Program-made: the position numbers and the translations under genes | Notes under the pieces: model-generated | Databases searched by the model: none | What the model saw: the letters and a program-made list of their open reading frames with translations, nothing else | Told to the model about the DNA's origin: nothing | DNA from: Lama glama | Lineage: Eukaryota | Direction of reading: 5' to 3' | DNA: 64,000 nt | Assembly (NCBI GenBank): GCA_028534125.1 | Contig: CM052817.1 | Coordinates: 28,336,001-28,400,000, forward strand | In this document: positions 39,051 through 51,539 of the stretch, in pieces | Layout: every line of letters begins with the position of its first letter | Numbering within the stretch: the stretch's first letter is position 1

Positions 39051-39669
39051 AAAATAAGTTTTTAGAGTTTTACTTTCTTACTTAAGTTTTAGTTTTTAAA
39101 AAAAAATGTAACTGGGGCAAGAATAAGAGTTCAATAAAAGGTTGGAATCACTCTATTCAGTACTAAATCCATTTGACATTTTAAAACTTACATATAATCA
39201 CAGGAGGCTCTTGTAGCTGATTTAGAGGTAACAGCACACAGAAAACTGATCTGGATAGAGTGAGCACCCTGTTCAGCAAAATAGTCTTTGGTAAGTAGAG
39301 CTAAAAATTAAAAAGGAGTTAATAGCAAGCTAGCAGCTATTCAGGAAAGTGGGAACAGAATTTGTCTTCTTCCTGCCTTTTAAATTCAGCTTTAATGTTG
39401 GTGTTGAATGCACAGTCTGCTGCTTCCTGGGTGTTGTTGAATGGTTACATGAAGGAAAGAATGACTGAATAAAGACCGTGTTTTGCGGAAGAGTCCTAGC
39501 ATATTCAGGTCACTGTACGCATTGGGGAGTAAAGCTAGGACCTGCAGGGGTAGAAGGTGAGATTGCTGCTCCCTCCAAAGGTAGCTCTAAGGAGTAGACA
39601 CAGAAGCCTGTGGGGCAATAATCAGTAAGCAAGATGGTAATGAGGACGATGATGATGACAATGGTGATG

Positions 39670-39830
39670 CTATCTAATGTTTCTTGAGTGACTAATAGTA
39701 CATTTTCAAAGGTTTACTTATCTATTTACTTCTTTAAAACCCCCTGAGAGCAGGTACTATCCTTATTTTTATAGGAACAAACTAAAGCCAAGAGAGAGTA
39801 AAAGACTTGCTCATATTTATGTGCTGTTAA
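39670..39830 (-). mobile_element. MIR fragment
   Basis: aaccccctgagagcaggtactatccttatttttataggaacaaactaaagc. Confidence 0.7.
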
Positions 39831-40587
39831 ACAAACACGGGAGGAAAATAGGTCAAGAGAAAATGACCCGTTTCTAATCTCCCAGGTTTCAGCCAGGTGG
39901 CGGAAGAACCTCCCCCTCCCCGTAGGTGCTTGTAGGTGTCCTGGAAAGAGGGAGCACAATCCAGGTGTTTAAAATCCCCAGAGGATGTAGCCAAGGAAGC
40001 AGTGTGCGATCTCCCCGGAGAAGGCTTTGTCTCCTGTGTCAATTGCAAAAGTGCCTATCACTGTCTTAAACCCGGGGCGTACCTGGGGGTATGTTCTACG
40101 CCCTGGTATTCCTAAGGACTGAGGTTGTTGGGTATCCTCAGAAAGAGAAACAAGACAGCTCTATATTCCCTGGTGTTTAGGAAAGGAGACAAGATTGGCT
40201 TAGGACATGGGCAAGTACTAAGAGAAAGGAGTCAAAAAGACTTAGGTGCTAAAGATGTTAAATTTTCCCACGCTTTTCCAGTTTCCGTTTCTCAATGAGT
40301 AGCATCTTTTTGTGTGTTCCTATCTGTAAGTGCTTAATTGCTGTGGATGTATGTAAGCTCAGGCCATTACCAGGAAACATTCCATCTATGTACAACCAAT
40401 GAGAATCCAAGAGAAGGAATAGAGGTATTTTCTGTCCGTGCATATGCACAGACACGTGTGTGCAATTAAATTTTCTGTTTTCAGTTTGTGTCACATCTTT
40501 TCATAATGGTTAGGAATTTCATTTCTTTTCTTTCTTCCCTGCTTTCCTTCGTTACCCTTCCCCCAGGGTCTAGTTTGCTGTACTTCC

Positions 40588-41153
40588 ATTTTTTCTTTTT
40601 TTTTTTTAACAGGTGAAAATAATGGCAAACTTGATTGGCATAAATCACAGGAATTGAAATGGGGGGAAAGCCAGGTTATAAGTTTACAGAGGGAAAAAAA
40701 AAAGAAAAAGAAATCAAATCATCAAATAACCACTGACACAGAGGGTGGGCCCTGGAATCCCACGCCCTCTAGGGGAGGGGCCTGGGGCGGGTCACTGTAA
40801 ACAGAGGGTAAGGCCTATGGGTAGGGGGAGGGGCCTGGCTGACCTTCCCAAACCCCAGCTGCTCCCAGCCCTGCCACCGAGGAGGGACCCTCTTCGGGAC
40901 CACAGCACACTCAGCCTCTGCTGTATCTGGAACCTGAGCTCTGCCTGTTTCATCCTTGGGGGAGAGCGGTCTAGGGGCTTCCTGCTGTCTCAGCAGGATC
41001 CTGTCTCTCTGCCCAGAATCCTATCACGCCCCCTTGCGACAACCTGGGCTCTTTCCCCCAGGCCTCCAGTCTCCAAGGAGGGCAGGAAATTTGGGGACAT
41101 GATGCACCTAGTGGAATCAACAAGGCTAATGGTCAAAATCAGATACCATCTTC
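40588..41153 (-). pseudogene. Probable processed pseudogene (retrocopy) 3' UTR with poly(A); parent gene not identified
   Basis: GC-rich non-repeat sequence in an AT-rich background; minus strand ends gccAATCAAgtttgccattattttcacctgtt then an A tract; continues into the N gap. Confidence 0.7.
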
Positions 41154-41653
41154 NNNNNNNNNNNNNNNNNNNNNNNNNNNNNNNNNNNNNNNNNNNNNNN
41201 NNNNNNNNNNNNNNNNNNNNNNNNNNNNNNNNNNNNNNNNNNNNNNNNNNNNNNNNNNNNNNNNNNNNNNNNNNNNNNNNNNNNNNNNNNNNNNNNNNNN
41301 NNNNNNNNNNNNNNNNNNNNNNNNNNNNNNNNNNNNNNNNNNNNNNNNNNNNNNNNNNNNNNNNNNNNNNNNNNNNNNNNNNNNNNNNNNNNNNNNNNNN
41401 NNNNNNNNNNNNNNNNNNNNNNNNNNNNNNNNNNNNNNNNNNNNNNNNNNNNNNNNNNNNNNNNNNNNNNNNNNNNNNNNNNNNNNNNNNNNNNNNNNNN
41501 NNNNNNNNNNNNNNNNNNNNNNNNNNNNNNNNNNNNNNNNNNNNNNNNNNNNNNNNNNNNNNNNNNNNNNNNNNNNNNNNNNNNNNNNNNNNNNNNNNNN
41601 NNNNNNNNNNNNNNNNNNNNNNNNNNNNNNNNNNNNNNNNNNNNNNNNNNNNN
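41154..41653. other. Assembly gap, 500 N
   Basis: Run of N. Confidence 1.
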
Positions 41654-41744
41654 AACTGTTATCAGGTTAGATTAGTAGGTGAGAAGTTAGTTTACTATAT
41701 ACAACGGATGCTTTAGGACATTTGGGCTTGTCTAGAGAATTCCC

Positions 41745-41950
41745 TCTTCCATTACAAAAGCTGAAAGGTGTGAAGCCACAGGATGGAAATGATGTGAGCT
41801 CTTGAATCACCAAGTAAATGAAAGATGCTCGCAAGCAACCCAGGGCATCTGTGTTGGATACTTATATTAAAAAAACATATTTCTATTTTGGTAAACCATT
41901 GGAAAGCTGGTGTGTATTTTTATACCAATGAACATTATCTAAATTAATAT
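41745..41950 (+). mobile_element. Old MLT1 LTR 3' fragment
   Basis: aaaacatatttctattttggtaaaccattgg...tttttatacca...ctaaattaata. Confidence 0.5.
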
Positions 41951-42610
41951 AAATAATGTAAGTTTTTACCATAGTACTGTAAAATCACTTACAGAATCAA
42001 TAAACAATGATTGAGTACATGTAATATGCCAGCTATTGAAATATAAATAAGACAATTTATAATCTAAATTGAACTTGAGAGGGCTTATCAGAGGAAGAAC
42101 AGAAGCATATGCAGCAAAATGACTGTGATGTCGATTACTATTTATCATGAAAAGATATAATAGATATCAACTGTTTAATAATTATTATTAATGGAAAATA
42201 TGCAAACAATCACATGTAGCAATTATACAATATAATAAAGCTGTAATAGAAATAAATGTATACATGTCTTACAAACTTAAAGAGATAGAAAAAATTTCAA
42301 TAAAAGGAAGCTACATATGTCCCATTAAACTTCAAGGTGGATTAACAGAATATAGATTACGTCTTGCAAACTTTCATGGCCGTTACTGAAAAACATAATC
42401 ACTATGTGTGCACAGGGATAATTCTACTTTGTATTGAGGGGAACACTGTGTTTACTCATTCATTGAAAACACTTAAAAACCTTGTTCCCTTCATTGTTTT
42501 AACCATAGAGTAATTGTTTTTTACTGGATTAGTCCATTAGTTTATATTGAAGGACATTACAAGACTGATGTATAAAATCAACGCAATCATGATTAAGAAA
42601 AATTGTTACT

Positions 42611-43226
42611 CAGGAACCCTACTTCAAAAAGACACCTGCACCCCAATGTTCATAGCAGTGCTATTTACAATAGCCAACACATGGAAACAGCCTAAATGTC
42701 CATCAATGGATGACTGGATAAAGAAGAGGTGGTATATTTATACAATGGAATACTATTCAGCTATAAAAACTGACAACATAACGCCATTTGCAGCAACATG
42801 GATGTTTCTGAAGAATGTCATTCTAAGTGAAGTAAGCCAGAAAGAGAAAGAAAAATACCATATGAGATTGCTCATATGTGGAATCTAAAAAAAACCAAAA
42901 CATAAATACAAAACAGAAACAGACTCACAGACATAGAATACAAACTTGTGATTGCCAAGGGGGCGGAGGGTGGGAAGGGACAGACTGGGATTTCAAAATT
43001 TGTCGGTATTGATAGGCATATATAGAATAGATAAATAAGATTATACAAATAAGATTATACTGTACAGCACAGGGAAATACATACAAGATCTTGTGGTAGC
43101 TCACAGTGAAAAAAAATGTGACAATGCATTTATGTGTGTTCTTGTATAATTGAAAAGTTGTGCTCTACACTGGAATTTGACACAACATTGTAAAATGACT
43201 ATAACTCAATTAAAAAAAGAAAAAAA
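42611..43226 (+). mobile_element. Young 5'-truncated LINE-1 with poly(A) and TSD
   Basis: ORF2 C-terminus (CTPMFIAVLFTIANTWKQPKCPS...PFAATWM); poly(A); TSD aagaaaaattgttact (42595-42610) and aagaaaaattctgttact (43227-43244). Confidence 0.96.
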
Positions 43227-43589
43227 AAGAAAAATTCTGTTACTGTCTTATGCGAAAATGTGTGGAGAATATTGTCTCTGTGAGAGAATGGTCACACACT
43301 TTGCCCAGCTAAAAACAAAGAAAAAACTCTTTAAATTTAATATGCTGACTTTATATTAATTTCATACATATCATAGATAAATGTTCTTCAAGGCAAGGAC
43401 TGTCAATTGCTCCTCCCACCTCCCCAAAATTTATTCTTCCTTTCATCTCATAGTAATAAGAACTTCATACTTCAGAATATATATTTTAACCAGAATATTG
43501 ATTATAACATAAACAATTTACTAAACTTGTCATCAAATAAGTTCTATTTATGTATATGAATAATTAAAATAATTAAGAAAAAAATATAT

Positions 43590-43740
43590 ATCTCCCCTAT
43601 AGTATATTTGAGTGTTTCTCCATTAGAATGTAAAATACATAATGTCAAAACTCTCTCTCTCTGTTCGCAGGAACACCTCTTGAGTTAGCTCAGTGTATAG
43701 AAAGAAGGAGGCAATTATTTTGTATTTTATGAATGAAAAT
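43590..43740 (+). mobile_element. LINE-2 3' end fragment
   Basis: ctccattagaatgtaaaatac...agctcagtgtatagaaagaaggaggcaatt...atgaatgaa. Confidence 0.55.
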
Positions 43741-44928
43741 AAAATTCTTGCTAAAATAGAATTCTTGAGAGTTTCTTCTGGCTAATTATTAAACTATTAA
43801 TAGAAAAATAGTCTCTCCTATTCACTTAACTATTTATAATAACACTTGGTGAAGTCATATATCTTGGAACTTTAAGGAGTTCTAACCACAGCAAATCCTT
43901 TATCATTGTCTGGGTCCTGTAAGTACTGAGTTTGTATAAATTGATTGTAATAAAAGACCTCATATCGTTTTAGTATCTTCTGCTTTAAACTAGCTATTTG
44001 TTTTACATTTGATAGAAAGTGGCTGTGTGATACTGCAGTTCTTGTTTTTGTTAACCTGAGAAGTGTGTGTGTGTGTGTGTGTGTTTCCTACTGTTTATCA
44101 GCAGCCTCTGCTACTGGGTGATAGGAGAGGCGTCTTAAATCTCTTTGATGAAATGAGCCATTTTCTGCTTGGTCTCAAGCTTAAAATGGATCCCCTATTG
44201 TGCTGCAGCAAAAGCACAGGATACATCTTCTGTAATGCTGTTAAATTTCCCTCTGAGGAATGTGAGGGACATGTTAGAGCATTGTGTGTAATCACTGCAT
44301 GGCAAATATTACGCTGGTATCCCAGTATTTCCTTATTTTAAGAAATACATTTGAAGTGAAAAACACTCATATTACAAGAGCAATTTGAGAACTTAATAGT
44401 GCCAGACTAAACAATTTTATTTCTACTCTAATACCTGTGATCTTGGACATGCACAATATTAAATACCTTTATAAACAAATGATTGATAATCACATTATGT
44501 TCACCAACATGTAATGAAAGAAATGTACAAATCAAGAACATTCAAAAATTCTACACAGCCATCCAAAAAAACTTTCTAAGATGGGAAGAAATTAGCTAGT
44601 CAAGTAAAAAAGAACAAGATATTAAAGCCCACAGGGAAAAATGTGAAAAACAAACTGGACAGCTTTTGTCATTGTAACAATATAATTAATTAAAGATACA
44701 AACGAGCTAATCTCAGAATTTATTCTAGGTATTAATAAGTTTTTGTGAATTTCCTAATTTATTTCTTAATAAAATTAATGTTAATTAAGTAAATAGATTA
44801 ATACTTACACAGAGACTGATTTCTGGGCAAACAGGAGCAACGTAGGCTACTAAGAACACAGGAGGTTAGGAATCAGGTAGACGGGCTGATTAGGAACATA
44901 GAAGGAGAGGAAAGAGCATATTCTCATT

Positions 44929-45122
44929 CAGTGGATTTAAAACCTAATGGTATCAGTCACCTGAAGGGGTTGTTACAGTTTACATTGCCAAGATCTGTCC
45001 CCAGAGTCACTCATTTAGTAGACCATTTGGTAAGTCTGGGATGGGACACGTGGATTTTCCTTTCTAACAAATTCCAGGTGATGATCTTGCTGTCAATCTG
45101 GGGATCATACTTGGAGATCTGC
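44929..45122. mobile_element. MER5A hAT-Charlie MITE
   Basis: cagtgg...atcagtcacctgaagg...tttctaacaaattccaggtgatg...catacttggaga. Confidence 0.82.
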
Positions 45123-45891
45123 AAGTCTAGTTAAAGAGATACGTTCAACTTAACATGAGCTAGTATCATCAACATTATATTCAGTGTGTCATAAGACAGA
45201 GAACAAAGTCAGAAGTCAGGAGAAAAGGAACAGGAGTTAAAGAAACAGGATTAAATATGAATTGAGGCAAATTTTTCTAGTATTTGGGCTGTTGGACAAA
45301 TCAAGGGTTCACAACTCTCAGAGAGTATCAGCCTCGCTTAGAAACTGAATTAGACACTCATTTGTCTAGAACCATAGGCTTTTCGTGAAACGTCTAGATC
45401 ACAAATCAGCCTACTGGAACAGCAGAATTTAATTTATTTAACGGTAAAGAGTCTGTGGTTTATGAGAGTCACCAGTTTATACAGGCATCCACCACACAAC
45501 TGCAGTTTGAAACATGTGTCAGGGGTTAGCTAGATGCTCACTGAACCTACTTCTAGTTCTTCTTGCGCATATACGGAGCCCAAACCCCTATCCTCTCTTT
45601 CAGTTAGCCAATGAGATATCATTTACGTCAACTTTTAGACTGGCATTTTTAAAACCTTCTCTCACCATCCTCCATGCTTACCCTCTCTCCCTTTCCCCAT
45701 ACACTGGCTGATGGCAGAAGAGGACAAAACGCAAGAAGAAGTCATAATTACATGGTAGAAGGACCTTGTGTTTATGTCTGATTCTGGAGCAAAGCCCCTC
45801 CCCTGACTCTCACTAATGACATTGTACTGTGACACGCACGAGAAACAAACTTTAGTGGGCTAGGACACTGAGACTTGTTGTATTGTTGTTT

Positions 45892-45895
<4 letters not shown>

Positions 45896-45927
<32 letters not shown>
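45896..45927. repeat. (TG)n microsatellite
   Basis: Direct tandem array. Confidence 0.97.
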
Positions 45928-45929
<2 letters not shown>

Positions 45930-46007
45930 CACACATACATATATATTTGTTTGTTTATTTATTTATGTATTTATGTAAAAATACCCTCCCATATGTCTGT
46001 GTAATTT

Positions 46008-46370
46008 TGTGGTGATTAAAAATAACTGCAAATACTTTGATAATTTTTCCATAGAGAGATGGAGTTTATGTTCCTTCCCTTTGAATTTGATCAGATCTGT
46101 GCCTGCTTGATCACTAGGGTATACTGAGAGTGATGTACCAGTTTCCAGGCCAAGTCCTTAGGGAAGTCACAGCTTCCACTTTATGCCTCTTGGAATCCAG
46201 CCTCTGTGCTATGAGGAGGCTTAAGCAGCCCCATGGAGAATTCTCCTAGTCTGCCAGCCACTGGGTGAGCCATTCAGATAACACATCCCCCAGCTGGGTT
46301 TGAGTTAAGACTGGTGTAATATGTGACAGAGGAGAGCTGTTGCTTTAATTTACTACAGATAACTGAAATA
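46008..46370 (+). mobile_element. Old MaLR LTR (MLT1F/H-like)
   Basis: catagagagatggagtttatgttccttcccttgaat...ccagtttccaggcc...cagcttccacttt...agataactgaaata. Confidence 0.75.
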
Positions 46371-46633
46371 GGTCTTTTTCTTCCTACTTAAATAGAAATT
46401 TCTGTTATTGAGATCATTCTTTTTCCAGATGAATACAATAAAGGGCATTTATTGCACACATATGCTGATTGTATTTGTTAAACATTCTTTTACCAAAACC
46501 CCAAAATTCTGTATATAAGTATGTAGTTCATTTCCACCTTACTTACCTCAGCCTCCTCAGAGTAGATACTAGAAAATACAGATGTTGGGAAAATGCCTGG
46601 GAAAAAATTGGAACTGTGATTAAAAAAAAGAAG

Positions 46634-47050
46634 TAAATGCAAATCAAAACTACAGTGAGGTATCACCTCACACCAGTCAGAATGGCCATCATTCAAAAAT
46701 TCACAAAAGATAAATGCTGGAGAGGGTGTGGAGAAAAGGGACCCCTCTTACACTGTTGGTGGGAATGTAGTTCGGTGCAGCTGTTATGGAAAACAGTAGG
46801 AGATTCCTCAAAAAACTAAACATAGACTTACCATATGATAAAACAATCCCACTCCTGAGCAAATATCCAGAGGGAACCTTAATTCAAAAAGATACATGTA
46901 CCACAATGTTCATAGCAGCACTATTTACAATAGCCAAGACATGGAAACAACCTAAATGCCCATGGACAGATGACTGGATAAAGAAGTTGTGGTATATTTG
47001 TACAATGGAATACTACTCAACCATAAAAAAGAATAAAATAAAGCCATTTG
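46634..47050 (+). mobile_element. LINE-1 ORF2 C-terminal fragment, truncated at both ends
   Basis: ORFs [19 protein letters not shown]...CWRGCGEKG...HCWWEC and ...MFIAALFTIAKTWKQPKCP, with a frameshift between them. Confidence 0.96.
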
Positions 47051-47234
47051 ACCTAGGAAGTCTCAACAGGATACTTATAGGGTATTTTTTCTCTCTCTCT
47101 TAACTTTTCCTTTTTTCTTTACCTTGCTTCTGCATGTAATTTGTTACTTGCTTGAGTGGTTAAAATTGATAGAAGAAACGTGAAGTTACATAATGCTTTC
47201 ATTCATATACATACACACAGACAAAAACAAGGAA

Positions 47235-47575
47235 GAAATAGCTGTAAGTACTAGTCCTCCTTGCTGCAAACGATCACATTGCTGTAGCTTGTATTGAAAA
47301 ATTCCACTTCCTGCTACTAATTCCCTATTTCCTTTGGCTTCAGAAAGTACCCCAGATGACTATGGTTTCTTGACTGGTATGGTGACCCCAAACCTTATTC
47401 CTTTAGGATCTGTACCATTAAGAGTCTTGCCTATTTGAGTAGTAGTTTTTCAAGAACTGCCATCATGATATAGAGCAGTACAAACAGGCACCTCAGAAAA
47501 ACTCCTGCATTTCATACATTCTTTCCTCCTTGCATTGTGTGGTAGCGGCCATTTTCCCTTTAACAGTTGGGGATG
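47235..47575 (-). mobile_element. MaLR/ERVL internal (MLT-int-like) fragment
   Basis: ggtgaccccaaaccttattcc...tctttcctccttgcattgtgtggtagcggccattttccc. Confidence 0.6.
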
Positions 47576-50500
47576 ATGTAGAGAAAGGAGAAAGTGGATG
47601 AAGAAAAAAATAATGAACTGACAAGGAGTCTTAACAGTGTGACCAGTGATGATTAAGTACCACATACTGTCATATGATTAACTCAATTTTTAAAATATTT
47701 GAAGCTAAAAAAGCTTATAGGACAGAGTTTAACATGAAATAAATGCTCAATAAAGATAAACTTCCTCAAGTGGAGTCTCCATCAAGGGAGGGACCGTGTG
47801 AGATATTAAACAAGGCAGCCACATATGACCGTAAAGTGAGAAGCTGACTTGATTTTATCGGCTCCCTGATGGTAGCACAGCTATATTTCTTAGCTTAATC
47901 AGAATTGGCTTCAGAACTGGGTCAGTACAAGGCACTGAGGGGGTTGTACCAAAGAAGCAAATATAAAAAGCTGAAAGCAGAAGGGCCAGAGATAGTAAAA
48001 CACATTCAGACTGACAGCTGCCTTGTTGCTTCTTGGTTTGCATATTTTGCTCCCACAGTTACTGGTGAAAAATTAAAATGAGAAATCCTTTAATGTAAAT
48101 TATTGCTTGATTCTTCTGATAGTCTAGCATAAACTAAATAAATAATTTGCAATCCATTTTGCAGCGCCATAGTGTTCTTAGCTGGAGGCCCTGGCTATTT
48201 AATTTTTGCATATTTTAATAATGAATAAAGTCCTACAATGTTTACTACGTCCTTCTCTGGCTTGGGAAATTTAGATCTCTGTCTTTCTTCATGAATTATA
48301 GTTGCTCTGATGTCATTAGCCTTTTCAGTTTGAACACCTGGATTATACAAGCTATCCTTTGCAGCATAGTATCTTCGGTACATATGATTTTGCATTAGCC
48401 CCACATTTTATACCTTCCAAATGCTTTACAACCTATGTTTTATGAGCTTGTTCTAAAAAACAAACCTATAAGTCACCTTAGGAATATTATCTTTTCCCCT
48501 CTTGTTTGCAGAGGAAATAAAGCAACGTGGAAACCAAGCAGTTTGCACTCATAGCAGGAATGTCAGGGGCAGAAGTCTTTATTTCTCTGAAATAGGAATG
48601 TTCTCAGTGTTCCATCCACATCCTACTCCAAATTTGAACTATTTTTAGAGGAGTGGAAAGTTGAACAAGAACCCATTGAAAATAACCAACTCAATATTAT
48701 AGAGAAATTATCATTCTAGATAATTCAGTCATCCTTAAAATCCACAGTTTTATTATATAACATATATCAGTAATTTTCCAGCTCTTCAGTTTTCTTTATC
48801 TTTGTAAGTCTAGCTCCTGGTTGGAGAAAAATGTATATAATCTGAGGTGTTACTGGCTTTTTTTTTTTCTGGTAAATAAACATGTCCAAACCTAAGACTA
48901 TTTTTAGGTTAATGTTTCTTTCAAATTCATGCTATCTGATTTATTTTACTGTCAACTTGATTTCAACTTCTCTAAATCCCTACTGTACAGTTCTACCAAA
49001 TACAGATCTAATATTTCCCTTTGATATATAATTCTATTCTATAGCTCTCGGGTGTGCAGCAAAGCGTCATATGTTTTAGCAGGGTCTTTAACTGAACTGT
49101 GAACTATAAACCAGGTGGAAAAGCACAGATTTACAAAGCTCCAAAACCACCTATAAGTCAAATATTAATTTTTTGCCAAACCACGAATTGAACTCTTGCA
49201 TTCTTATAAAATAGTCAGTTTCTAACATAGTTTCGAATGTCAGTTTTGAGTAGAACTAAGCCAATATATTTTGTCATTCTATCAAAGTAGAGAACCATTA
49301 ATTTATTTATTTTTCTGGTCTTTGAAATATTCCTGAAGCCAGTTTTTCCATTCCTGTTCCTGTGCTCAACAACCTAACACAAACTTTAATCTTTATACAT
49401 AATTACTATTAGGGCTTCCTAACTTCTTACCCTGAAGTTCTTTAAGCAAAATAATATTCAGTTAAATGTACTAATGCCTTCAGTCATGTCATTCCTTGGA
49501 GCCAACATTTTTAAAGCCAGTGTAACAGACTTTATCAAATCTGAGCTCTTCAAGTGCACATTCATTCTCACCCCCATCTAATCTCACCCTGTCAGTTCTG
49601 CCTCTGCAAAATGCTCCATAATTCAGTTTTTTTTCCTGTGTTGCTATGAGTCAACTGAAACTCGGGGAGAAATTAAATACCTTGAAAATGTCACTCATCT
49701 GGAGAATGAGAGAACTCAAATTTGAAAAGCAATTTTTTGTGTTTTTTTTTAATTTTTGCTTTTCCTATTACCTGCTTCTCATGGTATTATCTGTATTCAT
49801 CAGTATACTTTCAGTTATAATGAAAACATGTAATCAAACTGGATTAAAAAATAAAGAAATGTATCCTTTGTAACAAGAATGTAGTCTCTAAACTGTACTG
49901 GTACCGAGATTCAGGAAGCCAAGGCCCTCGTTTCCAGTCTCCATTGCACGACCTCCCTTCTTTGTTGACGCTGCTCTTGGGAGGATGCACGCTATTTATG
50001 GGCACATAATGGCTTCTGGACTTACTTACTTACACGTGTATCCGAATAACTGTGTTGGAGAGAATTAAGATAGGACCAAAAAGGTCCTGCTTCTAACAGA
50101 GCCATGTGGACAATATTGCTTCGGGCTTGCCTCACATTTCTTACACCTAGCTCCTCCCAAAGTGGAATCAAATTACGAAATGTCTGAACTGAGCAAGTAA
50201 GCGTGGACACCTGGATGAAAACAGAGGCGCTCTAATCTGTGAAGAGGAAATGGATGCTGGTCAGTTAGCCCAGCAAATGCCTGCTCTCTGACAGGACCTG
50301 AAGTCTGCCTTCCCAGGCCCATCCACATCAGTTGCGAAAGCCCTTGATGATTATCCCCATTTCATTCTCTTTGCTCTTATACCTCTGTCCTAGAAGATCC
50401 TCATCTTTTCCTATAACTTCCTAAATCTACTTATGTTTCCAGGCCTAAATTTTAAAAGTTTATAAAAGCTGTCTTAATCATCCCAGTCTTACTGACTTTG

Positions 50501-50624
50501 TGCCCAATGAACTGCCATAGGATTTATAGTTTTCATAGGTCTTTAAAATATTTCACTTTTGTGATTCGTGTGACCCTAGCTAGACCATAAGAACCTGATG
50601 AATGTAGCTCCATTTTCATTATGT

Positions 50625-50790
50625 TAGTTCAGACAAGTTATTTAATGAGTCTTTGTTTTCTCAACTCTAAAATATGCATAATAATAATATTTACCCTTAG
50701 TGGTGGTGCTGGGAGTAATAATTTATATACTACATATAAAATTCTGAGAGCTATTCTAGGTATAAATTAAATGCACAGAAGATACTAGCT
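50625..50790 (+). mobile_element. MIR fragment
   Basis: gacaagttatttaa...gttttctcaactctaaaat...ataataat. Confidence 0.6.
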
Positions 50791-51539
50791 GTTTTTTTTT
50801 TTTAGCCTCAGTACAACCACCATGATGCCTGTTGAAGTGCTAGTTACACACAGAGTAGCTGCTCCATGAAGGTATCTTGGATTTCCTGAAGCTAAACTGC
50901 TGCTCAATACAGTAAAGTTATCTTTTTAAATGCATCTGCCTAAAGAGCAAATCAAAATTCCTATGCAGTTGCTTTTATTTCATAATTTTTAATCCTTCAA
51001 AATACAATGTTTTATTTAACCAACATATAATTTTTAAAAAGCATAGTATGCCAAGTGCTCAGTGTTCCTCTTAAATCATTTAATAATGTGGACATAGTCC
51101 CTGTTCTCACAGAGCCAAACATCAATGGCAATAGATATAAAAATGTAAACAGGGAATTGTGAAGTGTTACTCTATTGCTGTGATTGGAAGGTAGGGCTCA
51201 GAAACCTATAGTTTTACTAGCCATTGAAGTAGTTTTGATGGATGCTAAGCTTTGAGAACCACTGTACTTTGCTACAAAATCATTCATTTTATGCACCTCA
51301 AGGAAAAAAAAAATATATCAATCTAGAAACATAGGCTGTTTCTTCAGTCTTACCTATTTATTCATTGCATTAATGAATTCTTACTTGGCTGCTTGACCTA
51401 CTGAATAATAAGTGCTCCATAAATGCTTTTTAAATATACAACTCATTACTAACAGGGAAAACATTCAACCTTAGAAACAACATAAGGCCTTTTACTTTCT
51501 TTAATCAAATATATTCTAATACAAATGTCGGTTCTAGAT

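Noticed and set aside
40745..41716. 323-aa ORF
   Set aside because: More than half is X from the N gap; the rest is the antisense reading of a GC-rich 3' UTR-like sequence
35332..47103. L1 ORF2-like peptides at 35332, 42547, 46637 and 46786 as functional genes
   Set aside because: Truncated, mutated retrotransposon fragments with no EN or RT domain
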